64,000 bases of DNA from Gammaproteobacteria bacterium (GCA_015490755.1 WFXF01000041.1:2-64001), one strand, 5' to 3'. Shown: positions 26,725 to 37,946, numbered from the stretch's first letter. Notes: generated from the letters alone by a model not told the origin. Program-made: numbers and translations.

Positions 26725-28152
26725 GTGAGTGAAGAAAAAAATAACCCAGAAAACAGTCATAATATAGAAAAAATTTACAATGAAAGTGCAGAACACTTTG
26801 ATGTGAATTTAGGTGGTAAAAAAATTCACCCCAAAAAGGTATCCGGGCGCTTTAGAAATTATAAAAATTTTACCTGGCTATTCTGGATCGGCTATATATT
26901 GTTGCCATACCTGCGCTGGGATGGTCAACAAGCGATTCTTTTTGATGTGCCTCATCGGCAGTTTCATCTATTTTCGATCACTGTTTATCCTCAAGATATA
27001 TGGATGCTGTCGTTCTTGCTGATTTTACTTGCAATGATGTTGTTTGGAATTACCGCAATTGCAGGACGTGTTTTTTGCGGTTATTTCTGTTTTCAAACCG
27101 TGTGGACAGATTGGTTTGTTCAAATTGAAAGATGGATTGAGGGTAATCCAACGCAAAGAAAAAAACTTGATGCAGCACCTTGGGGTGCTGTGAAAATACG
27201 TAAAAGACTATTTAAGTACTTTATCTGGGCACTGATTTCATTGATCACTGGAATTACTTTTGTTGCTTATTTTACGGATGCCTATCAATTATGGATTGAT
27301 ATTTTTACTTTGGAAGCACACCTTTATGTATGGGTGACATTGCTGACCTTTTTTATCGGTACCTTTCTATTTGCTGGTTTCATGCGAGAGCAGGTCTGTT
27401 TATGGCTCTGTCCTTATGCACGCATTCAATCTGTGATGATTGATAAAGATTCAATTTTGCCAACATATGATGCAAGAAGAGGGGAGCCTCGTGGCAAAGC
27501 CAAAAAAGGGGTGATTGATGCGAAGTATGGAGATTGTATTGATTGCAAGGTATGTGTTGCAGTATGCCCAACGGGGGTTGATATACGTAATTCAGCACTA
27601 CAAGAAGGTTGTATTATGTGTGGTGTCTGTATTGATGCCTGTGATGACGTTATGGAAAAGGTGGATAAACCTCGCGGTCTGATTCGTTATAACTCTGAAA
27701 AAGAGATTGAAGGTATAGATTTGCCTGCAGTATACAAACGACCACGGGTTATTGTATATGCCGCGATCAGTCTGTTTTCAATCACGGCTATTGTTGTTGG
27801 CTTATTGAATATTCCGCCATTGGCTACAACGATTATTCATGAACGCCAGCCGCTGTATGCGATGATGTCTAACGGTTCTATAAGGAATAGTTACACGTTT
27901 AAAATATTGAACAAGACACCTGAGGCAGTTGATATAAAAATTTCTGCCGAGGGGATTGATGGTATTGTTATGAAGGGTGTTGGAGAAACTGTTACACTTA
28001 AACCAAACAGGCTTATTCCTTTTAACGTTCAATTAGAAGCCATGCCTGATAAGGTGAAAGATAAAAAAGTCCCTATCTATTTTACTATTACAGGTATAGA
28101 TGGTGATGTGAAAATTTCTGAGCGCTATGAAAATTTTTTCGCCAGACCTTGA
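26725..28152 (+). CDS. ccoG: cbb3 oxidase accessory protein CcoG/FixG (membrane 4Fe-4S ferredoxin)
   Basis: Contains two cysteine clusters (CxxCxxCP-type; CIDCKVCVAVCP and CIMCGVCIDAC). Confidence 0.85.
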   Translation: MSEEKNNPENSHNIEKIYNESAEHFDVNLGGKKIHPKKVSGRFRNYKNFTWLFWIGYILLPYLRWDGQQAILFDVPHRQFHLFSITVYPQDIWMLSFLLILLAMMLFGITAIAGRVFCGYFCFQTVWTDWFVQIERWIEGNPTQRKKLDAAPWGAVKIRKRLFKYFIWALISLITGITFVAYFTDAYQLWIDIFTLEAHLYVWVTLLTFFIGTFLFAGFMREQVCLWLCPYARIQSVMIDKDSILPTYDARRGEPRGKAKKGVIDAKYGDCIDCKVCVAVCPTGVDIRNSALQEGCIMCGVCIDACDDVMEKVDKPRGLIRYNSEKEIEGIDLPAVYKRPRVIVYAAISLFSITAIVVGLLNIPPLATTIIHERQPLYAMMSNGSIRNSYTFKILNKTPEAVDIKISAEGIDGIVMKGVGETVTLKPNRLIPFNVQLEAMPDKVKDKKVPIYFTITGIDGDVKISERYENFFARP

Positions 28153-28200
28153 CTTTTATGTTGAACCTGGTGTTTTTAGTTAATAAATTGAGTTGAGTTT

Positions 28201-28743
28201 ATGTCATCAAGCTACCAAGAAAACAGTAAATCTATGCGAGGTTCAGGTGGAGAGTATACGCCGGGCTGGAAAAGTCCTTGGGTTTGGGGAATGGTCGGTC
28301 TGATTGTTGTCATGATCTGCGTCAATATGTTTATGATCTATATTGGCTCAAAAACAGCGCATGGTCTTGTTGTTGACGACTTCTATGAGCGAGGAAAAAA
28401 CTATTTTGAAGCGGAAGTTAATCGTCAGGAGACAGAAAATCGCTTGGGGTGGAAGATAGATTTGCTGGTTCCTGTCGAACCGCGAATGAATGTATCTCAA
28501 AATTATCGCCTAAAAGTTGTTGATGCTGATGGTTACCCTGTTCCAGATGCTTCTGTCGAGTTTTTAGCATTTCGTCCCGATAATTCAAAACGGGATTTTT
28601 CTATGGTGATGTCTGCTGAATCAAAAACCATGTACAGTGCTAAAGCAACCTTTCCTTTTCCTGGTCATTGGGATCTGCTTATTGTTGTGAAACAAGGTGA
28701 AGATGAGATGGATATTGCCAAGCGAATCTTTATTAAAAAATAG
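28201..28743 (+). CDS. ccoH: FixH/CcoH family protein
   Basis: 180 aa with an N-terminal TM segment, located between ccoG and ccoI. Confidence 0.7.
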   Translation: MSSSYQENSKSMRGSGGEYTPGWKSPWVWGMVGLIVVMICVNMFMIYIGSKTAHGLVVDDFYERGKNYFEAEVNRQETENRLGWKIDLLVPVEPRMNVSQNYRLKVVDADGYPVPDASVEFLAFRPDNSKRDFSMVMSAESKTMYSAKATFPFPGHWDLLIVVKQGEDEMDIAKRIFIKK

Positions 28744-28752
28744 AAGCATACT

Positions 28753-31224
28753 ATGGAGACACGTAGTTGTTTTCATTGCGGCTTGCCCGTAACCAGCGAA
28801 GGGCGGCAGGAAGCTGTAATTGCAGGAAATAAGCAAGAATTTTGTTGCTCTGGCTGTGTGATTGTTTGCCAAACAATCTATGATTCTGGTCTGGATGGGT
28901 TTTATCAACGCTTACAATCAGCAGAAATAGCGCCACCTCCTGAGCAAAGTCAGGATCCTGAACAGTTTGACCTTGAGGATGTTCAGGCGGAGTTTGTGAA
29001 CACTGTGGGGCAAGAATCTGAGGCCACTCTTTTGGTCGAAGGAATTCATTGCTCAGCTTGTGTCTGGTTGATTGAGCGCTCACTAGAGCCGCTTGAAGGT
29101 GTAATTTCATCCGAAGTTAATTTAGCTCACCATCGTTTACGTCTTCGCTGGGATCAATCCCAGATTAAACTATCCCGTATTTTGAAACGCTTACACGCTT
29201 TGGGGTATATCGCTACTCCTTTTGATGCTGAGCGTGCAGAAGGTATATCTGTAAAACAGAACAAGTCCATGCTTTATCGTATGGCTTTTGCCGGTTTTGG
29301 TATGGCCAATATCATGTGGATATCAATTTCACTCTATGCGGGGGAGCTCTCTGCATCGGGAATTGATCCTGCACATAAACAGTTTTTTCACTGGATCAGT
29401 TTGTGCCTGGCCACTCCCGTGCTGTTCTATTCAGGCTGGCCTTTTTTACGGGGTGCTTTTTTAGGTTTGATGCATCGCCGGCTTAATATGGATCTTCCTA
29501 TTAGTATTGGTGTCATTGCCACTTATGCCTATTCAGTATGGATTACACTTTCGGGAGTAGGGGATGCATATTTTGATACTGTAGTCGCATTTCTTTTTAT
29601 TATTCTTATAGGACGTTATCTGGAAGGAGCATCACGTAGAAATGCAACATCTGCTACCAGCCGTTTGATGGAGTTGCAACCACGTTCTGCAATGCGAGTT
29701 GAAAATGGTGAGCCAGTATTGGTGAGTGTACGTCGCCTGACATTAGGTGATTATGTGCTGGTTCGTCCCGGTGAAAAGTTACCTGTTGATGGCTTAATTG
29801 TCGATGGTCAATCAAGCATTGACGAATCAATGTTGACTGGAGAGTCGCTGCCTGTAAAAAAACAGATAGGTGATGAAGTGGCGGCAGGTACAGTTAATGG
29901 TCAGGGTACTTTGACTGTTAAAGTGAATCAGCTTGGGCAAAATACCACTTTAGCTAAAATTATTCATCTGGTTGAGTCGGCACAAGGATCAAAAGCACCG
30001 ATTCAGTCTCTTACTGATCGTATTGTTCCCTGGTTTGTTGCGATTGTATTATGTTTGTCAGCTGCGACTTTTTTGTTTTGGTATTACCATGCCGGTTTTG
30101 ATAAGGCTCTCCTGGCTTCTGTTTCAGTTCTGATTATTACCTGTCCCTGTGCTTTTGGTTTAGCAACCCCAATGAGTTTGGCGGTCAGTGTTGGACATGG
30201 TGCTGGAAAAGGTGTTTTGGTAAAAAATGGTGCAGCACTTGAGACTCTCGCAGGAGTAACGCATATCGTATTTGATAAAACGGGTACTCTGACTGAAGGC
30301 CGTATGGTTGTTTCAGATGTTTATTTGAGTGATGAAACTTCACTGACAGAACAACAGGTATTAGGGTTTTCTGCACGAGTGGAATCGCACTCAGAGCATT
30401 CGATTGCTAAAGCGATTACAGCCCGTTTTGCTGAAATAGATGACCAAAAAAAGTTTGACCTTCAAAAAGAGAAATTATCTGATTTTTCAAATATCCCAGG
30501 CAGGGGTGTGACTGCAGTTGTTGCGAACCATCAAATAGCCATCGGTAATAAGGCGATGATGAATGAACAGGGCGTTGACATTCCTGTTCATTTGAAACAG
30601 AAGTCTCATTTTGTGGAACATTCAATGGGGGTGGCTGTTTTTATTGCAGTGGATGGGCAGTTGGTAGCCCTGATTGCAGTACAGGACAAGGTCAGAGATG
30701 AAGCGAAAGAGTTAATAGATTCTTTGAGGTCGGAAGGTGTTGCTATTACTCTGCTAACTGGGGATAGTCAAGGTGCGGCTGAATATGTAGCAGAATCTTT
30801 GGGAGGGCAGATTGAAGTTATTGCTCATGTGCTGCCTGAAGATAAAGAAAAAGTGATTGCTGATTTGCAAACACAAGGTGAGAGAGTGGTGATGGTGGGT
30901 GATGGTGTGAATGACGCGCCAGCATTAAGCCGTGCTGATGTTGCAATTGCAATGGGATCTGGTAAAGATATTTCCATGGATTGTGCAGATATTGTTCTCA
31001 TGAGTAATGAGCTGTTAAAGATTAAATTTGCCTTGAATCTGGCGCGACAAACAATCCGCACGATTCGCCAGAATATTTATATATCATTTGCGTATAATAT
31101 CGTTCTTGTGCCATTGGCAATGTCGGCAAACTTAACGCCTGTTTTTGCATCAATTGCTATGCCAATTAGCTCATTATTGGTGATTGGTAATGCAATTTTG
31201 ATTCGAAAAAGGTGCAAAATATAA
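28753..31224 (+). CDS. ccoI: Copper-translocating P1B-type ATPase CcoI/FixI
   Basis: Contains [16 protein letters not shown] and an N-terminal CxxC motif. Confidence 0.9.
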   Translation: METRSCFHCGLPVTSEGRQEAVIAGNKQEFCCSGCVIVCQTIYDSGLDGFYQRLQSAEIAPPPEQSQDPEQFDLEDVQAEFVNTVGQESEATLLVEGIHCSACVWLIERSLEPLEGVISSEVNLAHHRLRLRWDQSQIKLSRILKRLHALGYIATPFDAERAEGISVKQNKSMLYRMAFAGFGMANIMWISISLYAGELSASGIDPAHKQFFHWISLCLATPVLFYSGWPFLRGAFLGLMHRRLNMDLPISIGVIATYAYSVWITLSGVGDAYFDTVVAFLFIILIGRYLEGASRRNATSATSRLMELQPRSAMRVENGEPVLVSVRRLTLGDYVLVRPGEKLPVDGLIVDGQSSIDESMLTGESLPVKKQIGDEVAAGTVNGQGTLTVKVNQLGQNTTLAKIIHLVESAQGSKAPIQSLTDRIVPWFVAIVLCLSAATFLFWYYHAGFDKALLASVSVLIITCPCAFGLATPMSLAVSVGHGAGKGVLVKNGAALETLAGVTHIVFDKTGTLTEGRMVVSDVYLSDETSLTEQQVLGFSARVESHSEHSIAKAITARFAEIDDQKKFDLQKEKLSDFSNIPGRGVTAVVANHQIAIGNKAMMNEQGVDIPVHLKQKSHFVEHSMGVAVFIAVDGQLVALIAVQDKVRDEAKELIDSLRSEGVAITLLTGDSQGAAEYVAESLGGQIEVIAHVLPEDKEKVIADLQTQGERVVMVGDGVNDAPALSRADVAIAMGSGKDISMDCADIVLMSNELLKIKFALNLARQTIRTIRQNIYISFAYNIVLVPLAMSANLTPVFASIAMPISSLLVIGNAILIRKRCKI

Positions 31225-31245
31225 AAGTATAAGAGGTGAGGTATT

Positions 31246-31455
31246 ATGGATGTGATTTATAGTTTGGTACCCGCAATGATTCTACTGGCTGTTGTCGCAG
31301 TAGCGGTGTTTTTCTGGTCAGCACGTAGTGGTCAATATGATGATATGGAAGGGCCGCGACACCGTATTTTAACCGATGATGATGACCCGTTATTGCCTGA
31401 ATCACATAAAAAGTATACGGCTAGTAAAGCACCGAAATCAAAAGAAGAGAGTTGA
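31246..31455 (+). CDS. ccoS: cbb3 oxidase maturation protein CcoS/FixS
   Basis: 69 aa. The TM segment is followed by SGQYDDMEGPRHRILTDDDD, the CcoS signature. Confidence 0.8.
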   Translation: MDVIYSLVPAMILLAVVAVAVFFWSARSGQYDDMEGPRHRILTDDDDPLLPESHKKYTASKAPKSKEES

Positions 31456-31473
31456 TTTAACAGGAGAATATCC

Positions 31474-31971
31474 ATGAGTGAACAGACCTATTCAAAAAAA
31501 GAGTTAAAAGCAGCGCAACTTCCACATCAACTGTTTCTTTTTAATATGGTGGGTAACCATATTTTATTGTCAATTATTACCGCGAGTAACTCTTCATTTT
31601 TATGGGTGACGGCGATTGTTCCAGTGATCTCTATCTTGGTGATTTCATATACATTGATTCGTGGAAAATCTGAGGTGAACTCTGATTGTCTTCTGATTAG
31701 TAGTCATTGGCAAATTGTTGTTAAAAGAACCAAAATATTTTTGGTTGCTTATGTGGCACTCTTTATCGGCAGCGTCATTGCATGGTTATTGTATAGTTAT
31801 GCCGGTGTGATGAAAGAGCTTGCATTTGCTGTTGTCGGTGGTTTGGGTATTTTACCTGTTATGGTGACTGTGTTAGTTTTGACTGTTATGGAGTCAGAGA
31901 CTTTAGGGCATGCGTTGCATGGTCGTCTTCCTGCTTCATTTAATAAAGAGCAGCAGCCGGAAGAGTCATGA
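31474..31971 (+). CDS. Hypothetical membrane protein (about 4 TM segments)
   Basis: Hydrophobic segments; no family recognised. Confidence 0.5.
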   Translation: MSEQTYSKKELKAAQLPHQLFLFNMVGNHILLSIITASNSSFLWVTAIVPVISILVISYTLIRGKSEVNSDCLLISSHWQIVVKRTKIFLVAYVALFIGSVIAWLLYSYAGVMKELAFAVVGGLGILPVMVTVLVLTVMESETLGHALHGRLPASFNKEQQPEES

Positions 31972-32054
31972 TCTATTACCACGAATAAGCCAGTAAATAG
32001 CAAGAAATAGTAGAGCGATAATGATTAATTCAATGAGAGCGAACCACATGGTAA

Positions 32055-32786
32055 CTAATGATGGTGGGCATGATCGTCATGGCTTTCCATCTCTGTCCCC
32101 ATAGAGTGATTGGTCTGTGAATGTTCGTGGTGGTGTAAATTTCCACGTAGCATAGTGAATATGCCGAGAATAATTAATAGCAAAGCTGCAATTTTTAAAA
32201 AATTTCCCCGCTTGCTTGGAGTTATTGTTCGTAACAGCGAAGGAACAGCCAGCATTGCAGGAACAGTACCTAAGCCAAATAACAACATAACCATAGCGCC
32301 TTGAAAGGGTGAGGTTGCAGTTAAACTAAGTGCCAAGCCTGCATAAACCAAACCACATGGTAACAGGCCATTAAGCAATCCGATAATCAACCACGCATCC
32401 AGCCGATTACTGCCTGATGCTTTTTTCATCCAGTAAGACAGTCCACTTGCCCTGGATATTTTTGCAGTCAGCCTGGAAAATGGATCAGGTAGCCAGCCGC
32501 CTAAATAGCAGGCAAAGAGAATCATAAGGCCGCCTGCCAGCAGAGTCAGTAACCATTGAAACTGTTTGAACCAGCCAAGATCACCGAGGCTTGTGCCTAA
32601 TGATCCTGCAATAAATCCTAGAATGGTGTACGTAAAGATACGCCCTGATTGATAGCTGAGTAATCCCGGCCACCAAAGCTTAGGACGTGTCATACAGAGT
32701 GCGCTGACCAGGCCACCACACATTCCAACGCAATGAAGACTTCCAAAAAATCCAATTGCAATGGCTAAAATAAAGAGATCTATCAC
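32055..32786 (-). CDS. DsbD_2/UreH-like family membrane protein (often annotated sulfite exporter TauE/SafE) with a His-rich C-terminal tail
   Basis: GSLHCVGMCGG motif in TM1. The C-terminus reads HHHEHSQTNHSMGTEMESHDDHAHHH. Confidence 0.6.
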   Translation of the reverse strand: MIDLFILAIAIGFFGSLHCVGMCGGLVSALCMTRPKLWWPGLLSYQSGRIFTYTILGFIAGSLGTSLGDLGWFKQFQWLLTLLAGGLMILFACYLGGWLPDPFSRLTAKISRASGLSYWMKKASGSNRLDAWLIIGLLNGLLPCGLVYAGLALSLTATSPFQGAMVMLLFGLGTVPAMLAVPSLLRTITPSKRGNFLKIAALLLIILGIFTMLRGNLHHHEHSQTNHSMGTEMESHDDHAHHH

Positions 32787-33463
32787 TGTGTATCAGCCTC
32801 TAAGTCAGGTGTTACGCCCAGCGATATTAATGTCTGTTGAAAGCTATCTGGAGAAACAAATTGCAGCATAACTTCCCCACTCTTGTCTAAGATAGCATCG
32901 AGCCCTATTTTGGGATAAAGGTTATGCATAATATCACCCATAGGAATTTGTTGTTCGGGAGTGCCAAATTGGTTAACCAGCATTGTAGGGGTGATTTTGA
33001 TGCGAGGGATTGCAGTCATACTGCTGACCGTCAATGTTTGGATAACTGGCAAATGCTCTTCAGCAATTTTGAACTTTATATTTCCTGACGGGAAGGCCAT
33101 GGGAGTCGATGCGTTATTGACTATTTTCTCTATTAATTCATCATTGGCGGTCAAGTTTAAAATGAGCTTGCTGCCATCGGGCATTTTAGGGAAAAATGCT
33201 TCAATAACAGGTTTTTTACCCGTCTCTTTAGGGCTAATGAAAAGTGCTTGTTCGCTGTGGCTATTGAGTATTTTTTCAGCTTCTTTGAGTGAGGTTTGAT
33301 TAATTGTGACTCCTAAAACAGAGAGTTGACCTTGCTCGTTTACCGTAGCATTCCACATACGTTTTTCATACTCTTTATTGGTGCTGTCTGAGGGTGAAAA
33401 GAGTGTCCATAGTGCCCAGATAGCCAGAGGAATTATCATGGCCAGAGTTATTTTGCTATTCAT
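32783..33463 (-). CDS. Hypothetical periplasmic protein co-transcribed with the DsbD_2-like gene
   Basis: Signal/TM anchor (MNSKITLAMIIPLAIWALW) and an ATGA overlap with the downstream gene. Confidence 0.5.
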   Translation of the reverse strand: MNSKITLAMIIPLAIWALWTLFSPSDSTNKEYEKRMWNATVNEQGQLSVLGVTINQTSLKEAEKILNSHSEQALFISPKETGKKPVIEAFFPKMPDGSKLILNLTANDELIEKIVNNASTPMAFPSGNIKFKIAEEHLPVIQTLTVSSMTAIPRIKITPTMLVNQFGTPEQQIPMGDIMHNLYPKIGLDAILDKSGEVMLQFVSPDSFQQTLISLGVTPDLEADTQ

Positions 33464-33529
33464 AAGTTTTTTTAGAAGTTCCGTTCGTTTAAAATGATGA
33501 TTATTGTACCCTAAACAGGGAATGCATCG

Positions 33530-33910
33530 ATGGGCTTTTTTTATCACAAATATACAGTGGCAATATTATGCGCTATTGAGATCGGAATATTGCTTTTTCT
33601 ATCAGAGACTCTGCTCTATCGCTTTCACTGGATTATGGGTGTGATCTATTTTTTTGTCACTTTCTGGTTTGTGTTTGGTGACTGCAAGTGGTGGTTGTAT
33701 CAATCTGCAGGTATTTTATGCGTGGTGATTATCATGCTGTTTAAAATCAGCGCTGTTGCTTATGGGGTGAATTTACTGCTCTGGTCTCATGGTGTGCTTG
33801 CGGTGCTGTGGGGCAGCGTACTGTTAATTCATCTGTTTGTTGAAAAAAATTTGGGGCCTCCCAATTGTCCACCTCTCCCACGAAATGATGCACGACGTTA
33901 TCCCGAATAG
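33530..33910 (+). CDS. Hypothetical small membrane protein (uncertain)
   Basis: It fills a gap of about 375 bp and has 4 hydrophobic segments; no family recognised. Confidence 0.25.
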   Translation: MGFFYHKYTVAILCAIEIGILLFLSETLLYRFHWIMGVIYFFVTFWFVFGDCKWWLYQSAGILCVVIIMLFKISAVAYGVNLLLWSHGVLAVLWGSVLLIHLFVEKNLGPPNCPPLPRNDARRYPE

Positions 33911-33923
33911 TCACACTATATTT

Positions 33924-34634
33924 TTAAGCGTTCTGTGGGCGAGCAAGTTCACTGCGATATTTTATGACTTTAGCAGGGTTGCCGACCGCAATTGCGCCTG
34001 CAGGTATGCTTTTTGTGACGACTGAGCCTGCACCAACAACGGCTCCGAGGCCAATAGTGACACCGCTTAGAACAATAACACCTGTGCCAAGCCAGGCTTC
34101 GTCTTCAATTACAATCGGCCCTTTTGACGAGATGGGCTGTTCATGAATCGGGCTGTCTGGATAGACTTCATGATCATAGGAGTAAAAAGCACAGTTGGCT
34201 GCGATCATGACCTGCTTTCCAATAATAATAGGTTTTTTATAAGCATTTAATTGATTGCGTGGATGTATGCTGGAGTGAGCGCCAATAGTGATATATCCAC
34301 CCAAACCTGTTTCAAGCGTGCTGTTTCGATAAATACGAACATTATCATTTAATTGAATTAAACCCCCATTATCATTTTGAAAAATCACACAATACTCATC
34401 AATAAAAATTTTAGGAAAACCTTTGAAGTCTGTATGAAATATCGTTGCAGTGGGAGCAATGTAGCCAACTTTTCCTAAAACCGATAAAATTTCACGTTTA
34501 TAGTGGGGCGGAGTAACCCAGCTGGCAAGGCGCATTGCTTGTCGCCCCCAGCAACTTAAACTGCTGCGCCGCATCCAGAATCTGGCCCATCTGCGCTGGA
34601 GCTTTCCAAACTTGGGTATGTTATTTTTGCTCAT
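33924..34634 (-). CDS. Hexapeptide-repeat (left-handed beta-helix) acyl/acetyltransferase
   Basis: Repeated [LIV]GxxxxI hexads (IGLGAVVGAGSVVTKSIPAGAIAVGNPAKVI). Confidence 0.75.
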   Translation of the reverse strand: MSKNNIPKFGKLQRRWARFWMRRSSLSCWGRQAMRLASWVTPPHYKREILSVLGKVGYIAPTATIFHTDFKGFPKIFIDEYCVIFQNDNGGLIQLNDNVRIYRNSTLETGLGGYITIGAHSSIHPRNQLNAYKKPIIIGKQVMIAANCAFYSYDHEVYPDSPIHEQPISSKGPIVIEDEAWLGTGVIVLSGVTIGLGAVVGAGSVVTKSIPAGAIAVGNPAKVIKYRSELARPQNA

Positions 34635-34743
34635 ACTCTTTACTTATTCGTTTGCTGTTTAATGACTTTAATGTTACATAATTTAATATTTAAAACAAAC
34701 GGCCAGCAAGGCTGAATAATGGCTGAGAGTATTTTGTAGTACT

Positions 34744-36585
34744 ATGCGAATTCAACACTTACCCCCGCAACTTGCTAACCAGATTGCTGCTGGTGAAGTG
34801 GTCGAACGTCCATCCTCGGTTGTAAAAGAGCTGTTGGAAAATAGCCTTGATGCCGGTGCGAACCAGATTGATATTGATATTGAGCAGGGTGGAATTCGTC
34901 TGATACGCATCAGAGATAATGGTCACGGTATCTATAAAGATGATATTGGTCTGGCATTGAGCCGTCATGCGACCAGCAAAATAGCGAGTCTTGATGATCT
35001 GATTAATGTTTCTACTTTGGGTTTTCGTGGTGAAGCACTACCCAGTATCGCGTCGGTTTCGCGTTTAGTTCTTACTTCAATGCAAAAAGGGGCAACACAA
35101 GGCTGGCGAGTGCAAGGCGATGGTCGAGAAGATCTGTTGGATCTAATACCCGCAGCACACAATATTGGTACAACAGTTGAAGTGCGAGATATTTTTTTCA
35201 ACACACCCGCCCGGCGTAAATTTTTACGCACAGAAAAGACAGAATTCAAACACCTTGAAGCGGTGGTCAGACGCATTGCTATGGCACGTTTTGATGTGGG
35301 TTTTAATTTAACGCATAACAATCGCTCTGTTTTTATGCTGCGTCCTGCTCATACGATCAGTGAAAAAGAGAGACGTATTGCAACACTTTGTGGTAATCCA
35401 CTTATGGAAAACTTTCTCTACCTTGAGTTTGAAGCTTCAGGGCTGCGCCTTTGGGGGTGGACTGCACAGCCGACGTTTTCACGCAGTCAGGCCGATATGC
35501 AATATTTTTATGTCAACGGGCGTGTGATTCGAGATAAAGTATTAGCCCATGCGGTGCGTCAGGCCTATCAGGACGTGATCTATCACGGAAGGTACCCCGC
35601 CTATGTTTTATACCTTGAGCTGCCAGCTTCTGAGATGGATGTGAATGTGCATCCCGCCAAGCATGAAGTTCGCTTTAGTGAAAGCCGTATGGTGTATGAT
35701 TTCTTGCTCAGATCAGTAAAGCAGACTCTGGCCCAGATAAGGCCAGGCCTTGAGGGTGAGGTAACTGAAAATACAGCCGCTTTATCAGTAAATCCTGATC
35801 AGGCTATCTCTATACAATCTAAAGAGAATCATAACTCTGCGTCTGAATATGCAACGCCCAGACAGCACTCAATGCCACTGGCAGTCAATGAGTATATGAC
35901 GGCATACAAGGCGCTTTATTCGCCACGCTCGTCTGGTCTGTCATCCACTCCTTCCCGATCAACGCCTCCAGCGAGTGCTGAGGATTCAGGGGGTGATGAA
36001 ATTCCTCCCTTGGGTTTTGCCGTGGGGCAGATCCATGGCGTTTATATTCTTGCTCAAAACCGAGCCGGTTTAGTCGTGGTAGATATGCATGCTGCACATG
36101 AGCGCATCACTTATGAGCGCATGAAAACCTTGATGGGAGAGGGGCAGGTGGTGGCTCAACCTCTGCTCGTTCCTGTCACGCTGAATGTGAGTGAGCAGGA
36201 AGCTCTATTGGTCGAAGAGCATGAAGCCATTCTAAAAACATTGGGTTTGAGTATTAATCCATTGGGTAAAACATCGCTTGTGGTGCGTGAAATTCCTGCC
36301 ATGTTACGCAATGCGAATGTGGAGCAGCTGGTAAGAGACATACTTGCTGATTTGAATATGTATGGCACCAGCACCCGAATTAAAGAGGAGATCAATCATG
36401 TGCTGGCGACAATGGCTTGTCATGGTTCAGTACGGGCCAATCGTCAGTTAAGTATTGCCGAGATGAATAGCTTGTTACGAGATATGGAGTGTACCGAGCG
36501 TAGCGGCCAATGCAATCATGGCCGGCCAACCTGGGTACAGATGGCGATGACTGATCTGGACAAACTTTTTATGCGTGGGCAGTAG
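34744..36585 (+). CDS. mutL: DNA mismatch repair protein MutL
   Basis: N-terminal GHKL ATPase motifs (IAAGEVVERP, ELLENSLDAG, DNGHGI) and a C-terminal dimerisation domain. Confidence 0.9.
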   Translation: MRIQHLPPQLANQIAAGEVVERPSSVVKELLENSLDAGANQIDIDIEQGGIRLIRIRDNGHGIYKDDIGLALSRHATSKIASLDDLINVSTLGFRGEALPSIASVSRLVLTSMQKGATQGWRVQGDGREDLLDLIPAAHNIGTTVEVRDIFFNTPARRKFLRTEKTEFKHLEAVVRRIAMARFDVGFNLTHNNRSVFMLRPAHTISEKERRIATLCGNPLMENFLYLEFEASGLRLWGWTAQPTFSRSQADMQYFYVNGRVIRDKVLAHAVRQAYQDVIYHGRYPAYVLYLELPASEMDVNVHPAKHEVRFSESRMVYDFLLRSVKQTLAQIRPGLEGEVTENTAALSVNPDQAISIQSKENHNSASEYATPRQHSMPLAVNEYMTAYKALYSPRSSGLSSTPSRSTPPASAEDSGGDEIPPLGFAVGQIHGVYILAQNRAGLVVVDMHAAHERITYERMKTLMGEGQVVAQPLLVPVTLNVSEQEALLVEEHEAILKTLGLSINPLGKTSLVVREIPAMLRNANVEQLVRDILADLNMYGTSTRIKEEINHVLATMACHGSVRANRQLSIAEMNSLLRDMECTERSGQCNHGRPTWVQMAMTDLDKLFMRGQ

Positions 36586-36598
36586 CAATACTCAATAT

Positions 36599-37108
36599 CT
36601 AAAGCACCTCATCCCGCAAATATTTAAATAACTTACGTGACGATTTCGGTGGCTTTTCCTGTTGCTTCTCTCTGATTGCACTGCGTATGAGTTGACGGAT
36701 GTATTGCCGGTCACTGTCTGGGTAGATTGTGAGTAATTCGCTGAGCGCCCTATCGCCTTCATTGATTAAACGATCCCGCCATTGCTCCAGCTTGTGAAGC
36801 TGGGCTTTATCACCCGCATCGTGTTTTTGTATAGTATCAATGAGTTTTTGTATCGGCTCTGGATCAATATGCCGCATCAATTTACCAATGTATTGCAGAT
36901 GGCGTTTAGCAGCTCCCCGCTGGCGAATATTTTGCATTTCAATAATGGCCGAATGCAATGTGTCGGGCAGGTCAAATCGGGCTAACTCTTCTTTGTTGAG
37001 TTCTGTAAGAGTTTTTCCAAGTGCGCGTAAATTGTCTGCATCATGCTTTAGTTGGGTTTTACTTTTAGGTGGTGGAATCTCTTCTTCTATGTGATTGGCT
37101 TCTATCAT
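36599..37108 (-). CDS. yjgA: Ribosome-associated protein YjgA/DarP (DUF615, UPF0307)
   Basis: 169 aa, basic and helical, in the conserved position next to mutL. Confidence 0.6.
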   Translation of the reverse strand: MIEANHIEEEIPPPKSKTQLKHDADNLRALGKTLTELNKEELARFDLPDTLHSAIIEMQNIRQRGAAKRHLQYIGKLMRHIDPEPIQKLIDTIQKHDAGDKAQLHKLEQWRDRLINEGDRALSELLTIYPDSDRQYIRQLIRSAIREKQQEKPPKSSRKLFKYLRDEVL

Positions 37109-37201
37109 AATTCAATTCCAGGCATACTTTTTTAAGTTCGGGCAATGATAGCCGATAACGGTTGCATGGAATAGCTTTGGCTGTGATTAACAAATTAGTG
37201 A

Positions 37202-37546
37202 ATGCTGGTTTTTGAAAGAGGGAGTGCTGTGTCAGGGAAAGAGAAGGAAAAAGCTCAAAAGATCTCATCTGAAGAGATATTGTCGTGTGGTACGTCTTTG
37301 ACGATTGCTGATGCTGAATCACTCTATCAGCGACTGAAAACCTTATTGAGCGGTGAAACTGCTGTTGTGATTGAAGCGCATGAAATTGAAGTTATCGATA
37401 CAGCTGCTATTCAGTTGCTTGGGGCATTTGTACAAGAGGCGGGTTCGCATGGTATTTCGGTGAAATGGAAAATGCCCAGTGCTGCATTACGAACATCGGC
37501 TCATCGTATGGATATGGAGTCTTTGTTAATGCTTGAAGCTGCATAA
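37202..37546 (+). CDS. STAS-domain protein (anti-sigma-factor-antagonist-like) at the head of the chemosensory cluster
   Basis: About 100 aa with a STAS-like pattern. Confidence 0.55.
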   Translation: MLVFERGSAVSGKEKEKAQKISSEEILSCGTSLTIADAESLYQRLKTLLSGETAVVIEAHEIEVIDTAAIQLLGAFVQEAGSHGISVKWKMPSAALRTSAHRMDMESLLMLEAA

Positions 37547-37583
37547 TTATTTAACCTGAATTTTTCAAAGGAGTGATTAAAAG

Positions 37584-37946
37584 ATGGCAACAATACTCGC
37601 AGTAGATGATTCTGCATCAATGCGTCAAATGGTGGGTTTTACACTAAAGAGTGCAGGTTATAACGTTGTTGAGGCAGTCGATGGTGTGGATGCGCTTACA
37701 AAAGCCAAAACAGTGAAAGCTGATATTGTTATCACTGATGTTAATATGCCGAATATGGACGGTATTGCGCTGATTACAGAGTTAAGAAAGTTACCGAATT
37801 ATAAGTTCATACCTATACTGATGCTGACCACTGAATCAGGAACAGGTAAAAAACAGGAAGGAAAGGCCGCCGGTGCAACAGGCTGGATTGTAAAACCATT
37901 CAATCCAGATCAGCTTTTGTCAACTGTCAAACGGGTCGCAGGATAA
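37584..37946 (+). CDS. cheY: CheY-like response regulator
   Basis: Contains DD..., the DVNMP Asp pocket and a KPF motif. Confidence 0.85.
   Translation: MATILAVDDSASMRQMVGFTLKSAGYNVVEAVDGVDALTKAKTVKADIVITDVNMPNMDGIALITELRKLPNYKFIPILMLTTESGTGKKQEGKAAGATGWIVKPFNPDQLLSTVKRVAG

Noticed and set aside
33530-33910. 126-aa plus-strand membrane-protein ORF between two minus-strand genes
   Set aside because: It is retained only at low confidence. It could equally be a chance ORF in a Trp/Phe-rich frame of the intergenic region.
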